DNA of 64,000 nt, from positions 1-64,000 of the forward strand of contig CAWFQB010000005.1 of the NCBI GenBank assembly GCA_963817895.1. Reading direction: 5' to 3'. The stretch comes from an uncultured Chthonomonadaceae bacterium (GTDB lineage: Bacteria > Armatimonadota > Chthonomonadetes > Chthonomonadales > Chthonomonadaceae). Below, piece by piece: positions 39,626-48,978 of this stretch. The notes beneath the pieces were generated by a model. The model was not told where the DNA came from, did not search any database, and saw nothing but the letters and a program-made list of their open reading frames with translations. Both the position numbers and the translations under genes were made by a program. Position 1 is the stretch's first letter. The number at the start of each line of letters is the position of its first letter.

Positions 39626-40651
39626 ATGAGCCGATACCTGCGGGCCGCGCTGCTGGGCGCAGCCGCGTTTGCCATTCCCACCGCGATCAATCTTGTGCTG
39701 GCGCGGCAGCGGCGCGAACTCGTCAGCGGCTTATCGGGCGAGGGCTGCGAACACTACTGGCCGTTCGGCAACATCTATTACGAAGTTCGGGGCGAAGGTT
39801 CGCCGATTGTGCTGATGCACGGGATCGGCGCGGGCGAATCGTCGTTTGAGTGGCGGCGCAATTTCGACGCGCTGGCCGAACATCACAAAGTGTATGCCTT
39901 CGATCTGCCCGGTTTCGGCAAGTCGGCGCGACGGGACATGGCGTATACGGCGGATTTGTACGTGACGGCATTGCAGGACTTTCTGCGGGACGTGGTCGGG
40001 GAACCGGCAATGGTAGTCGCCAGCAGTTTGAGCGGCGCGTATGCTGTACAGCTTGCCGCCATGCGCCCGGAGTTGATAGAGCGCCTGGTATTGATTTGCC
40101 CGACCGGACTGGAAAAACTGCGCGAACGCAAGCCGATTGCAAGTCAGGCCGCGTATGGCATTTTCAGTCTGCCCGCCATCGGCGCGTCCCTGTACAACGG
40201 CATCGCCTCCTACAAGTATATCGAGAGTTATCTGCGCGAAAACGTGTATGTAGACCCCGTATGGGTCACGCCCGCGCTTGTGGAACACTATTACCAGTAC
40301 GCGCATCAGCCCAACGCGCAATTTGTCCTCCGCTCATTCCTGTCTGGCCTGCTCAACTGCGACATCACGGAAACGTACCCGCGACTCGCGCAGCCAATTC
40401 TCGTCTGTTGGGGCCGCTACGCCCGCGAAACGCCGGTGGAAAACGCGCAGCGCTTCCTCAAAGACAATCCCAACGCCCGCCTGCGCATCCTCGAGAACAG
40501 CGGCCTGTTGCCCAATGACGAAGAGTGGGAAGACTTCAACGACGCCGTTCTCACCTTCCTGAGCGCCAGAGAACTGCCACAACTCCTGCCATCCCCTGCC
40601 GCCGCAATCCTGTCCGCCGCGTCGCAGGAACACGTATCGAAAAACGTGTAG
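39626..40651 (+). CDS. Alpha/beta-fold hydrolase
   Basis: LMHGIG, FDLPGFGKS and VASSLSG motifs. Confidence 0.88.
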   Translation: MSRYLRAALLGAAAFAIPTAINLVLARQRRELVSGLSGEGCEHYWPFGNIYYEVRGEGSPIVLMHGIGAGESSFEWRRNFDALAEHHKVYAFDLPGFGKSARRDMAYTADLYVTALQDFLRDVVGEPAMVVASSLSGAYAVQLAAMRPELIERLVLICPTGLEKLRERKPIASQAAYGIFSLPAIGASLYNGIASYKYIESYLRENVYVDPVWVTPALVEHYYQYAHQPNAQFVLRSFLSGLLNCDITETYPRLAQPILVCWGRYARETPVENAQRFLKDNPNARLRILENSGLLPNDEEWEDFNDAVLTFLSARELPQLLPSPAAAILSAASQEHVSKNV

Positions 40652-40680
40652 ACGTTTCAAAACTTAATGGGGTATGTTCA

Positions 40681-41670
40681 ATGATAACTGACAACACGGA
40701 TACAACAGGCATAGACCATGACCGTTTGTTCAAGGTGTTGCTGACGACGTTCTTTGTGGATTTCGTCGCCCTGTTCCTGCCGGACGTGAGCGCGAAAATG
40801 GAGGCGGGCAGTCTGGAGTTTCTCGAACAGGAGATTTTCACCGACATTCATTCGGGCGAAAAGCACATCGTAGACATTCTGGTGAAGGTGAGACTGGCAG
40901 GCGAAGAAACGTGCCTGCTGATCCATGTGGAGAACCAGGCGTCCTCGAAAGCGGAGTTCGCGCTGCGCATGTTCACCTACTTCGCGCGTCTGCACGAGAA
41001 GTACGGCTTGCCCATTCTGCCCGTCGCCATCCTGTCCTTCGACACGCCCCAACGCGCCGAACCGAACAAGTATGTTGTGGACGTTCCCGGCCTGCGCGTG
41101 CTGGACTTCCGCTTCCGCGCCATTCAGCTCAACCGCCTGCCCTGGCGCAGGTTTGTCACTCAGGCCAACCCCGTTGCGGTTGCGCTGATGAGCAAGATGA
41201 AGATCGCGCCGAGCGACCAGAAGCGGGTGAAGCTGCAATGCCTGCGCCTGCTGCTCACCTTGCAGCTTGATCCGGCGAAATCGGACTTGATTTTCCTGTT
41301 TATGGAAACGTATCTGAGACTAAATACAGAGGATGAACAGTGGTATCAGCGGCAGGTAGCTGCATTAACAACAAACGACAGGGAGCAAACAATGGAACTG
41401 ATGAGCAGTGTGGGGCGCGAAGGCTGGCGCAAAGGCATGGAGGAGGGGCGGCAGGAGGGTCGGCAAGAAGGGCGGCAAGAAGGACGGCAAGAAGGCGTTC
41501 TGACAGTAGTATCACGTCTGCTGTTGCGCAAGTTCGGCTCGGTTCCTCCTGTGTTGCAGCAACGTGTTCAAGACTTGTCCGCCGCAGACGCTCAGGTGTT
41601 GGCCGAAGAACTGATGGGCAACATCACGCTTGCCGATGTGGAGGTATGGCTGAACCACATCAACCAATAA
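40681..41670 (+). CDS. Rpn-family PD-(D/E)XK nuclease with DUF4351-like C-terminus
   Basis: DHDRLFK, VDILVK..IHVENQ, RMFTYF and (GRQE)x4 motifs. Confidence 0.88.
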   Translation: MITDNTDTTGIDHDRLFKVLLTTFFVDFVALFLPDVSAKMEAGSLEFLEQEIFTDIHSGEKHIVDILVKVRLAGEETCLLIHVENQASSKAEFALRMFTYFARLHEKYGLPILPVAILSFDTPQRAEPNKYVVDVPGLRVLDFRFRAIQLNRLPWRRFVTQANPVAVALMSKMKIAPSDQKRVKLQCLRLLLTLQLDPAKSDLIFLFMETYLRLNTEDEQWYQRQVAALTTNDREQTMELMSSVGREGWRKGMEEGRQEGRQEGRQEGRQEGVLTVVSRLLLRKFGSVPPVLQQRVQDLSAADAQVLAEELMGNITLADVEVWLNHINQ

Positions 41671-41693
41671 TGCGCTATCAACAAGGGGCAATT

Positions 41694-41933
41694 ATGAACG
41701 AGGCGACGCAGAAAATGGAAGCAGTGGAACCGGAAGACCATCTCGGCATGACGGCGGAACAGTGGGCGCAATTTAAAGCATTCACCAGCGACTTCGGCGA
41801 TCAGGATGAAAACGGCGTTGACTTGTCCCTTTTGCGCGAAAATCTGAAACTGACGCCGACAGAACGAGTCGAAAGAATGAGACGCGCAATACCTCTGATT
41901 TTGGAGATGTGTAATGCTGGAAACCCCGCCTGA
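41694..41933 (+). CDS. Small antitoxin-like protein
   Basis: GVDLSLLRENLKLTPTERV motif; overlaps the next gene start. Confidence 0.6.
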   Translation: MNEATQKMEAVEPEDHLGMTAEQWAQFKAFTSDFGDQDENGVDLSLLRENLKLTPTERVERMRRAIPLILEMCNAGNPA

Positions 41934-42085
41934 TTTACGGATGGGCAGCGCATATCGCCTCTGTGAATGATCTGATTTCCATGAAACGCGCTGCCAATCG
42001 CCCGAAAGACCAGAACCACATCTTGGAGTTATTGGCGTTGAAGAAGTTGATTACGGCGGAAAGCAGCGCTGAGATAGGGGAGTGA
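41914..42085 (+). pseudogene. Internally deleted nucleotidyltransferase
   Basis: MLETPPD start fused out of frame to the C-terminal motif IASVNDLISMKRAANRPKD. Confidence 0.65.
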
Positions 42086-42088
42086 GAC

Positions 42089-42556
42089 ATGTACGCGTTT
42101 TCCCCTATCACTCTGGAGCAGTTGGCCGCCGCCGGATGGACGCAAGAACGTTATTTCGATACCACCGAGTATGCGCATTTGCTTCGCAAAGAAGGATACC
42201 CTGTTCTTCCTGTTGCGATGCAGTTTCTTAGTAGTTTTGGTGGCTTATATGTTTTGCGTCCGAGTTGGCGCTTTCGTGGCCGCATAGAACCCTTTCATTT
42301 TCAGGTTGAAAAGGTGTTCCGTTATACTTTCAAATCCAGTATAGATATGGATATGGAAGACTTAGGGCTTCCTTTATGTCCCATCGGAGATGCTTACCCC
42401 AGCGGTATTCCTGGGGCGCCAATGGTGATGGACCCGAAAGGCATGGTATACATTGCGGACAATGGCTTGCATGATCTTGGCTCTTCCGGTGAAGATGCAA
42501 TTGAAGCGTTATGCGTAAATCGCCCGGTGAGGGGATTTGCGGATGACCATCTATAA
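42089..42556 (+). CDS. SUKH-3-family immunity protein
   Basis: LAAAGW..R, FLSSFGGL, LCPIG, MDPKGMVY and LGSSGEDAIEAL motifs; low GC. Confidence 0.75.
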   Translation: MYAFSPITLEQLAAAGWTQERYFDTTEYAHLLRKEGYPVLPVAMQFLSSFGGLYVLRPSWRFRGRIEPFHFQVEKVFRYTFKSSIDMDMEDLGLPLCPIGDAYPSGIPGAPMVMDPKGMVYIADNGLHDLGSSGEDAIEALCVNRPVRGFADDHL

Positions 42557-42572
42557 ACATTGAGGCGGAAAA

Positions 42573-43859
42573 TCAGGGATCAGTAGCAAGTTCCTGAGCA
42601 GGTTCGTGGAGTTCGCCTAAATTACGCAGTTGGGGCCAGATGTAGGCGACGCCTAAGACAACCAGCAATGTGCCGATGCCGCCGCTGACGACCGCGAAGA
42701 CGGGGCCGAGCCATCCGGCAACCGTACCCGACTCGAACGCGCCTAACTCATTGGACGCGCTGACGAAAATGCTGTTGACGGCGGACACGCGCCCGCGCAT
42801 TTCGTCCGGGGCGCGTAACAGCAGCAGGGCGCTGCGCACGACCACGCTGATGTTGTCCAACGCGCCCAAAATGAACAGCATTGCCAGCGACAGCCAGAAC
42901 GACTTCGATACGCCGAATACGATTGTCGCGATCCCGAACCCTGCTACCGCCCACAAAAACGCCATGCCCGCGCGCTTGAACGGAGGACGGTGCGCGACAA
43001 ATAAGGCCATGCTGACCGCGCCTACCGAGGGCATCGCCCGCAGCCAGCCCAAACCCGTCGGCCCGACGTGCAGAATATCTTTCGCATACACGGGAAGCAA
43101 AGCCACCGCGCCTCCGAACAAAACCGCGAACAGATCCAGCGTGATTGCCGCCAGCAGCACGGGCGTTTGCCGAAGAAATTGTATACCCGCCACGAGGGAT
43201 TTCAGCGAGGGCGTTTCCCGTTTCTGCGCTTCCTGTCGCTCGATGCCCGGATTGCCCCGAATGGACGATACCAGCAGGGCGTAAGTCAACGCGCCGATCA
43301 TCGCCGCGAAGTAGGCTGTTGTCGCGCTGTTGGTGAGGGCAATCGTTAATCCGCCCAAAGCGGGGCCAATCGCGGACGCCAGTTGCCAGGCATTGCTGCC
43401 CCAGGTCACGGCATTGGTGAACACTTCCCCCGGCACGACCTGCGGCATCAGCGTGGACGACGCGGGACCGGAAAACGCCCGCGCCACGCCGATAAAGAAC
43501 AGGCACACGTACAGCCACGCTACCGGCCAGTTCTGTGATGAAATCAGCGCCATACCACCGAAACACAGGGACAACGCGCCCCGCATCCCTACCGATATTC
43601 TCTTTCGGTCGCCCCGGTCCGCCACATAGCCACCGGGCAGGGACAGCAGAATGACGGGCAGCACCTCCACCAACCCGACCAGTCCGAGCGAAAACGCGGA
43701 ATGGGTGCGCTCATACAACTGCCAGCCCACCGCCACTCCCGCCATCTGATCGCCCAGCGTAGACAGAAAACTGCTCGCCACCAGCCGCCGAAAATCCGGG
43801 TATTGCAGCGCGGCATACGGATTGTGCCGAACCGGGTTCGTTTCCTCGCTTTGCGACAT
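42573..43859 (-). CDS. MFS transporter (EntS/MFS_3-like)
   Basis: GGYVADRGDRKR, LDLFAVLFGG and PDEMRGRV motifs. Confidence 0.92.
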   Translation of the reverse strand: MSQSEETNPVRHNPYAALQYPDFRRLVASSFLSTLGDQMAGVAVGWQLYERTHSAFSLGLVGLVEVLPVILLSLPGGYVADRGDRKRISVGMRGALSLCFGGMALISSQNWPVAWLYVCLFFIGVARAFSGPASSTLMPQVVPGEVFTNAVTWGSNAWQLASAIGPALGGLTIALTNSATTAYFAAMIGALTYALLVSSIRGNPGIERQEAQKRETPSLKSLVAGIQFLRQTPVLLAAITLDLFAVLFGGAVALLPVYAKDILHVGPTGLGWLRAMPSVGAVSMALFVAHRPPFKRAGMAFLWAVAGFGIATIVFGVSKSFWLSLAMLFILGALDNISVVVRSALLLLRAPDEMRGRVSAVNSIFVSASNELGAFESGTVAGWLGPVFAVVSGGIGTLLVVLGVAYIWPQLRNLGELHEPAQELATDP

Positions 43860-43873
43860 ACAAGTTCCTTGCG

Positions 43874-43923
43874 AAGATACGAGATACGAGAAGCAGAATC
43901 CATTCCCTCGTATCTCGTATCTT
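43874..43923. repeat. GATACGA heptamer hairpin
   Basis: AAGATACGAGATACGAG / CTCGTATCTCGTATCTT. Confidence 0.88.
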
Positions 43924-43930
43924 CCTCTCC

Positions 43931-44962
43931 TTACAACGTTTCTCCGCCCTTGTCCACGTTGTCTTTCGTGAACAGTTTGGTTCCGGTTGTGATCTTCTTT
44001 TCAAACGGCTCTTTGCGCAGGATTTTCAGCGCGGTTTCAATGGCATCTTCGCCCAATGTGGGATACAGGAACGTGGCCGCGAACAGGCCGTCTTTGACGT
44101 ACTTCTGGCCCTCGTGGGGCAGACCGTCAATGCCGACGAACTTGATGGTTTTTTCCCGGCCCTTGCCCTCCTGCCGCGCGGCTTCCCACGCCCCGTGCGC
44201 GCTCGGATCGTTGGCCCCGTACACGGCGTCAATGTCGGGATGCGTGGACAGCGCGGAGTTCATCTCGTCATGCGCGTTGTTTTCCAGCCATTGGCAGTCG
44301 GCGCTGAAAACGATTTTGATGTCGGTTCCCTTGATGCCCTCCATAAAGCCGTTATGCCGGTCGTGGGCGGGAATGGTCGTTCCCAATCCCTGCAATTCCA
44401 CGACGTTGCCCTTGCCGTTCAGCAGTTTCGCCATGTATTTGCCGGCTTCGCGCCCGATCTTCACGTTGTCGCTGCCGATGAAGCACGTATATTTGTCGCC
44501 CTCAACGGCGCGATCCAGCACAATCACGGGAATGCCCGCGTCCATCGCCTCTTCTACAGGGCGCGTCAGCGGGCGCGATTCTTTGGGACTGATGATGATT
44601 AAATCTACCTTCTGCTGCACGAATTCGCGCAACTGCGCCTGCTGCGTTTCGCTTTTATTCTGCGCGTCTTTTTCAGTGAAGGTAATTTCCGGGTGTTTAT
44701 CAGCCGCAGCTTTCAGGTCCTTGTCCATCTGGTCGCGCCAGGGTTCCGCCTTATTGCACTGCGAAAAGCCGATAGTATACTTCTTGCCCGCGTCTGCGCC
44801 GCCACTGCCACTCGAACCCCCGGCTGTGGTTTTCGACGCGCCACTCCCGCCACTGCCGCTTGTGTCTGAGGATGTGTTGTTGTTGCTGCATCCACTCAGC
44901 GCGAGGCAGGCGAGGGCGAGGCAGGCGGGAAAAACAGGTAAAAAATGAGTGATTTGCTTCAT
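43931..44962 (-). CDS. Ribose-type sugar ABC substrate-binding lipoprotein
   Basis: LSGC lipobox; IGFSQ, AGIPVIVLDR and VGIDG motifs. Confidence 0.92.
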   Translation of the reverse strand: MKQITHFLPVFPACLALACLALSGCSNNNTSSDTSGSGGSGASKTTAGGSSGSGGADAGKKYTIGFSQCNKAEPWRDQMDKDLKAAADKHPEITFTEKDAQNKSETQQAQLREFVQQKVDLIIISPKESRPLTRPVEEAMDAGIPVIVLDRAVEGDKYTCFIGSDNVKIGREAGKYMAKLLNGKGNVVELQGLGTTIPAHDRHNGFMEGIKGTDIKIVFSADCQWLENNAHDEMNSALSTHPDIDAVYGANDPSAHGAWEAARQEGKGREKTIKFVGIDGLPHEGQKYVKDGLFAATFLYPTLGEDAIETALKILRKEPFEKKITTGTKLFTKDNVDKGGETL

Positions 44963-44966
44963 GGTT

Positions 44967-46037
44967 CTAGCTCCTCTTTCGGCGTTGAATCAGTACCGCC
45001 AGAATGATGATGCCGGCCTGAACGATCATGCGCGGCGCAATGGGAACTGCGTTCAAACTGAGAATTTTGTTGATGTAGGCGATGATGAGAACGCCCATCA
45101 GGGTAAAGCCCATGCCGCCCTGCCCCCCCGACAGACTGGTTCCCCCGATGACAACGGCGGCAATGGCGTCGAGTTCAAAAGAAAACCCGGCTTCCGGGTC
45201 GCCAATGTCCTGCCGGCAGGCGTTCACGATACCGGCAATCGCGGCAAACAGGGAACATAAGGCATACGTCAGCAGCTTGACGCGGGTGACATTGATGCCG
45301 CTGAGATGCGCGGCGGCCTCGTTGCCTCCAATGGCGTACAGTTTGCGCCCATACGACGTACGGCTGACAATCACGGCCATAATCGCAAGGGCGATGAGAA
45401 ACAGCAGGGCGGCAGGCTTAATGCCCACGCCGGGCAGAGATTGGCTCATCCAGCGGAAGAAGGGCGGCGTATCCTGCATCAATTTATACCACGCCTGCGC
45501 CCCCGGCTGCACTTTGCTGCCGCCGGAAATCCATTTCGCCGCCCCGCGCGCGACTGTCATCATGGCGAGCGTGGCGACAAACGGCTGCATCCGAAAGCGG
45601 GAAATGAGCAGTCCGTTGATCGCGCCCGCCACAAGCCCGAACACCATGACGGCAACTACTGCCGGGACGATGCCCCATCCGTAGCCGATTGTGAGCAGGG
45701 CAAACAACGTGGCGGAGCAGCCGAGTACCGAGCCGACGGACAGGTCAATGCCGCCCGTCAAAATCACCAGCGTCATGCCGGTCGCCAGTAGGCCGTACTC
45801 GCAATACTCATAAAGGATATCCAACTGCGTACCCGGCAACAGGAAAATAGAGGTGTTGGTATGTCCGATATGCGGCGTGAAGACGCACCCCAGTATGAAC
45901 ACGAATACAAAGGCGAACAGCCCGCGATACTGGTCCAGTCCCGCCCATCGCCTGCGCTTCCCCGGTTCCATGCTTTGCGCCGTGAGGGATGCTGTGTCTG
46001 GTTCCGCGCGTTCTGATTCTGTGCCTTCTGTGGCCAA
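44967..46037 (-). CDS. Ribose-type sugar ABC permease
   Basis: GMTLVILTGGIDLSVGS, YAIGGNEAAAHLSGI and ELDAIAAVVIGGTSLSGG motifs. Confidence 0.93.
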   Translation of the reverse strand: MATEGTESERAEPDTASLTAQSMEPGKRRRWAGLDQYRGLFAFVFVFILGCVFTPHIGHTNTSIFLLPGTQLDILYEYCEYGLLATGMTLVILTGGIDLSVGSVLGCSATLFALLTIGYGWGIVPAVVAVMVFGLVAGAINGLLISRFRMQPFVATLAMMTVARGAAKWISGGSKVQPGAQAWYKLMQDTPPFFRWMSQSLPGVGIKPAALLFLIALAIMAVIVSRTSYGRKLYAIGGNEAAAHLSGINVTRVKLLTYALCSLFAAIAGIVNACRQDIGDPEAGFSFELDAIAAVVIGGTSLSGGQGGMGFTLMGVLIIAYINKILSLNAVPIAPRMIVQAGIIILAVLIQRRKRS

Positions 46038-46101
46038 GATGAGTTCTCCCTGACATGGCGGTTGCGCCGCAACTGTGGGTTGCGGGGCGCGTATGGTTGT
46101 T

Positions 46102-46128
46102 GTTCGCCAACAAAGGGGCAGGTTCCTT
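46102..46128 (-). promoter_or_regulatory. SigH-like promoter (variant)
   Basis: AAGGAA-N15-GCGAAC on the minus strand upstream of the permease. Confidence 0.45.
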
Positions 46129-46445
46129 CCTGCTTGTGTAGGATTGCGCTAAAAAGCAACGCGGCAGTCTGTCACAAATTTGATGAGGGTGTGTCTAACA
46201 CGTATGAACAGGCGTATTTGCGTCTTTTTTCACGAACGGCGGCTGCAAGTTTTCCGGCAGTCTTCCGATGTATGTTGTATACTAAATACAGGTTAGTCGC
46301 GCCTGATAAGGCGTGAAAACTCTGAGCCGACGGCAGGCAATCTCCTTTTGTCCTGAATCCTTTTATATACGTTCGCGGTAACGCGCTTGCCTGTAACAGC
46401 AGGCTGTGGCGCGATAACGAGGGTAACGGTTTGCATAATTCCAAG

Positions 46446-48974
46446 ATGATAACCCATAAAATATTCGGCGTAAAACGCGCCTTTAGCAGCAGCCTGACGA
46501 GCGCGCGGACGCGCACTCTGCTGCTGGCCTGTATTCTGCCGGTCAGTACCCTGCTGTATGCCGCCGCTTCCACGCCCGCGCAAAAGGCCGGTTCCAAGAA
46601 CGGACATGCCGCAGTTGACAAAACAATGGCAAGCGCGTCCGGCGCGAGCGGGCAAGCGGGCTTTACGCATGACGCGCTGCCCATGCTGCAAAAATACTGC
46701 GTCAGTTGCCACGCGGGCAAAACCGCGGCTGCGGGCATTGACCTTGCGCATTATAAAACGCTGGATGCTGTGCTGAAAGACCGCGACAACTGGGATCGGA
46801 TTGCTCAGGCCGTCTCCTCGTCACACATGCCGCCGCCCAACATGCCCGCGCCCACGAAACTGCAGCGCGATACCCTCGTGAATTGGGTGCAGGCGACCAC
46901 TTCCGCAGCGGACTGCAAGCTGAATGACCCCGGTCATGTCACGCTTCGCCGCCTGAACCGCGCCGAGTACAACAATACCGCGCGCGACCTGTGCGGCGTG
47001 GATGTTCACCCCGCCGACAGCTTCCCCAATGATGATGTCGGGTACGGTTTTGACAACATCGGCGACGTGCTTTCCATTTCGCCCCTGCTGATGGAAAAAT
47101 ACGTCAATGCCGCCGAGCAGGTGGCCCATGCCGCGTTCGAGAACCCGGACAATTTCATCAAGCCGGAAAGTTTCACGTCCACGCGCCTGAACTACATCAG
47201 CCAGAGCAGCAATCTGGGCGACCATGCCAGCCTGTACACGACCAATTCCGAGGCGGGCGCAGATTACAATTTTCCCAAGAGCGGCGATTACATGCTGCGC
47301 TCGATAGCGTGGCAGGAGAAGGCCGGTCCCGAAAACGCCAAGATGCAGCTCAAACTGGACGGCAAGCCGCTGGCGACTGTAGATGTATCCGCATCGGCCC
47401 GCGACCCGAAACCGTACCAGACGCGCGTTACGGTTCCCGCCGGTCAGCACCGGTTCAGCGTGGTGTTTCTCAACGACTTTTATGATTCGTCCGATCCCAA
47501 CAACAAGAGAAAAGGCAATCGCGACCGCAACCTTGACGTGAAGGCGCTGGAGATTGTCGGTCCGTTGCACCCGGACGATTCGGAATCCATTCTGTCGAAA
47601 CAATTGGGCGAATTCGACCCAAATGATGCCACTCGCGACAGCGTAGCCCGCAAGTTCCTGACGGATTTCACGCGCCGCGCGTACCGCCGCCCGGTGACGA
47701 AAGAGGAAGTGGACTCGCTGATGCGCTACGTAGAACTGGCGCACAAACAAAACGAGCCGTTCCGCAAGGGCATCGAGTACGCCATGACTGCGGCGATGTG
47801 TTCGCCCAACTTCCTGTTCCGCGTGGAAACCACTTCAGCGGCAAAGCCGGAAGCGAAAAGCGTGACGCGAACCGTGAAGAGTAATGGCAAATCCCGTCTG
47901 AAAACCGCGTCCCTGACCACGACAACGGACGCGGCAAGCGGCAAGTACCTGCTTGGCGATTACCCGCTGGCAAGCCGCCTGTCGTACTTTTTATGGTCGT
48001 CCATGCCGGATGATGAGTTGATGAATCTGGCGGCGAAAGGCAAATTGCAGGATAACGCGGTTTTGACCGCGCAGGTGAAGCGGATGCTCAAAGACCCGCG
48101 CGCCCATTCCCTGTCTGACAACTTTGCCGGACAATGGCTGCAACTGCGCAACCTGAACAACGTCACGCCCGATACAGCCCGTTTTCCCGACTTCAACGAC
48201 GGCCTGCGCCGCGCTATGAAAATGGAAACGGAACTTTTCTTCCAGTCCATCGTCAGCGATGATAGAAGCGTGTTGGATTTTCTGGACGCGAAGTACACGT
48301 TCCTCAACGAGCAGTTGGCGAAGCACTACGGCATTGACGGCGTTCAGGGCGGCAACTTCCGCAAAGTGGTTTTGGAAGGCAATCAGCGCGGCGGCATTTT
48401 GACGCAGGCCAGTTTGCTTACCGTAACTTCTAACCCGACGCGCACCAGTCCGGTCAAGCGCGGCAAGTGGGTAATGGAGAACCTGCTCGGCACACCGCTT
48501 CCGCCCGCGCCGCCCAATGTGCCTGCGCTTTCGGATGATAAGAAAGGCCCGCTTGTGGGAACCCTGCGGCAGCGCATGGAACAGCACCGCGCCAATCCCG
48601 CCTGCGCTTCCTGCCACGCCCGCATGGATCCTATCGGCTTCGGACTGGAAAACTTCGACGCGGTTGGCGGATGGCGCACCAAAGACGGCGAAACCAGCGT
48701 GGATGCCAGCGGCGTTCTGCCCGATGGCGCGAAGTTCAACGGCCCGTCCGAACTGAAAAACATTCTGCTCGGCAAGAAAACGGAATTTGTCCGCTGTCTG
48801 GCAACAAAATTAACCACTTTCGCGCTCGGACGTGGCGTAGAACGCACCGATAAGTGTAAAATAGATACCATAGTGGAAACAACCGCGAAGAACGGCTACA
48901 AGTTCTCCGCGCTCATCACGGCAATCGTACAAAGCGATCCTTTCCGCAAGCAGCGAGGGGACGGGGGAATATAA
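46446..48974 (+). CDS. DUF1592/1588/1587/1585/1595 protein with c-type heme motifs
   Basis: CVSCH and CASCH; RRLNRAEYNNT, LASRLSYFLWSSMPD, RTSPVKRGKW and GFGLENFD motifs. Confidence 0.92.
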   Translation: MITHKIFGVKRAFSSSLTSARTRTLLLACILPVSTLLYAAASTPAQKAGSKNGHAAVDKTMASASGASGQAGFTHDALPMLQKYCVSCHAGKTAAAGIDLAHYKTLDAVLKDRDNWDRIAQAVSSSHMPPPNMPAPTKLQRDTLVNWVQATTSAADCKLNDPGHVTLRRLNRAEYNNTARDLCGVDVHPADSFPNDDVGYGFDNIGDVLSISPLLMEKYVNAAEQVAHAAFENPDNFIKPESFTSTRLNYISQSSNLGDHASLYTTNSEAGADYNFPKSGDYMLRSIAWQEKAGPENAKMQLKLDGKPLATVDVSASARDPKPYQTRVTVPAGQHRFSVVFLNDFYDSSDPNNKRKGNRDRNLDVKALEIVGPLHPDDSESILSKQLGEFDPNDATRDSVARKFLTDFTRRAYRRPVTKEEVDSLMRYVELAHKQNEPFRKGIEYAMTAAMCSPNFLFRVETTSAAKPEAKSVTRTVKSNGKSRLKTASLTTTTDAASGKYLLGDYPLASRLSYFLWSSMPDDELMNLAAKGKLQDNAVLTAQVKRMLKDPRAHSLSDNFAGQWLQLRNLNNVTPDTARFPDFNDGLRRAMKMETELFFQSIVSDDRSVLDFLDAKYTFLNEQLAKHYGIDGVQGGNFRKVVLEGNQRGGILTQASLLTVTSNPTRTSPVKRGKWVMENLLGTPLPPAPPNVPALSDDKKGPLVGTLRQRMEQHRANPACASCHARMDPIGFGLENFDAVGGWRTKDGETSVDASGVLPDGAKFNGPSELKNILLGKKTEFVRCLATKLTTFALGRGVERTDKCKIDTIVETTAKNGYKFSALITAIVQSDPFRKQRGDGGI

Positions 48975-48978
48975 CGAC

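Noticed and set aside
41444..41495. 12-nt repeats as CRISPR-like or VNTR element
   Set aside because: They encode the GRQE repeats typical of Rpn proteins; there are no spacers
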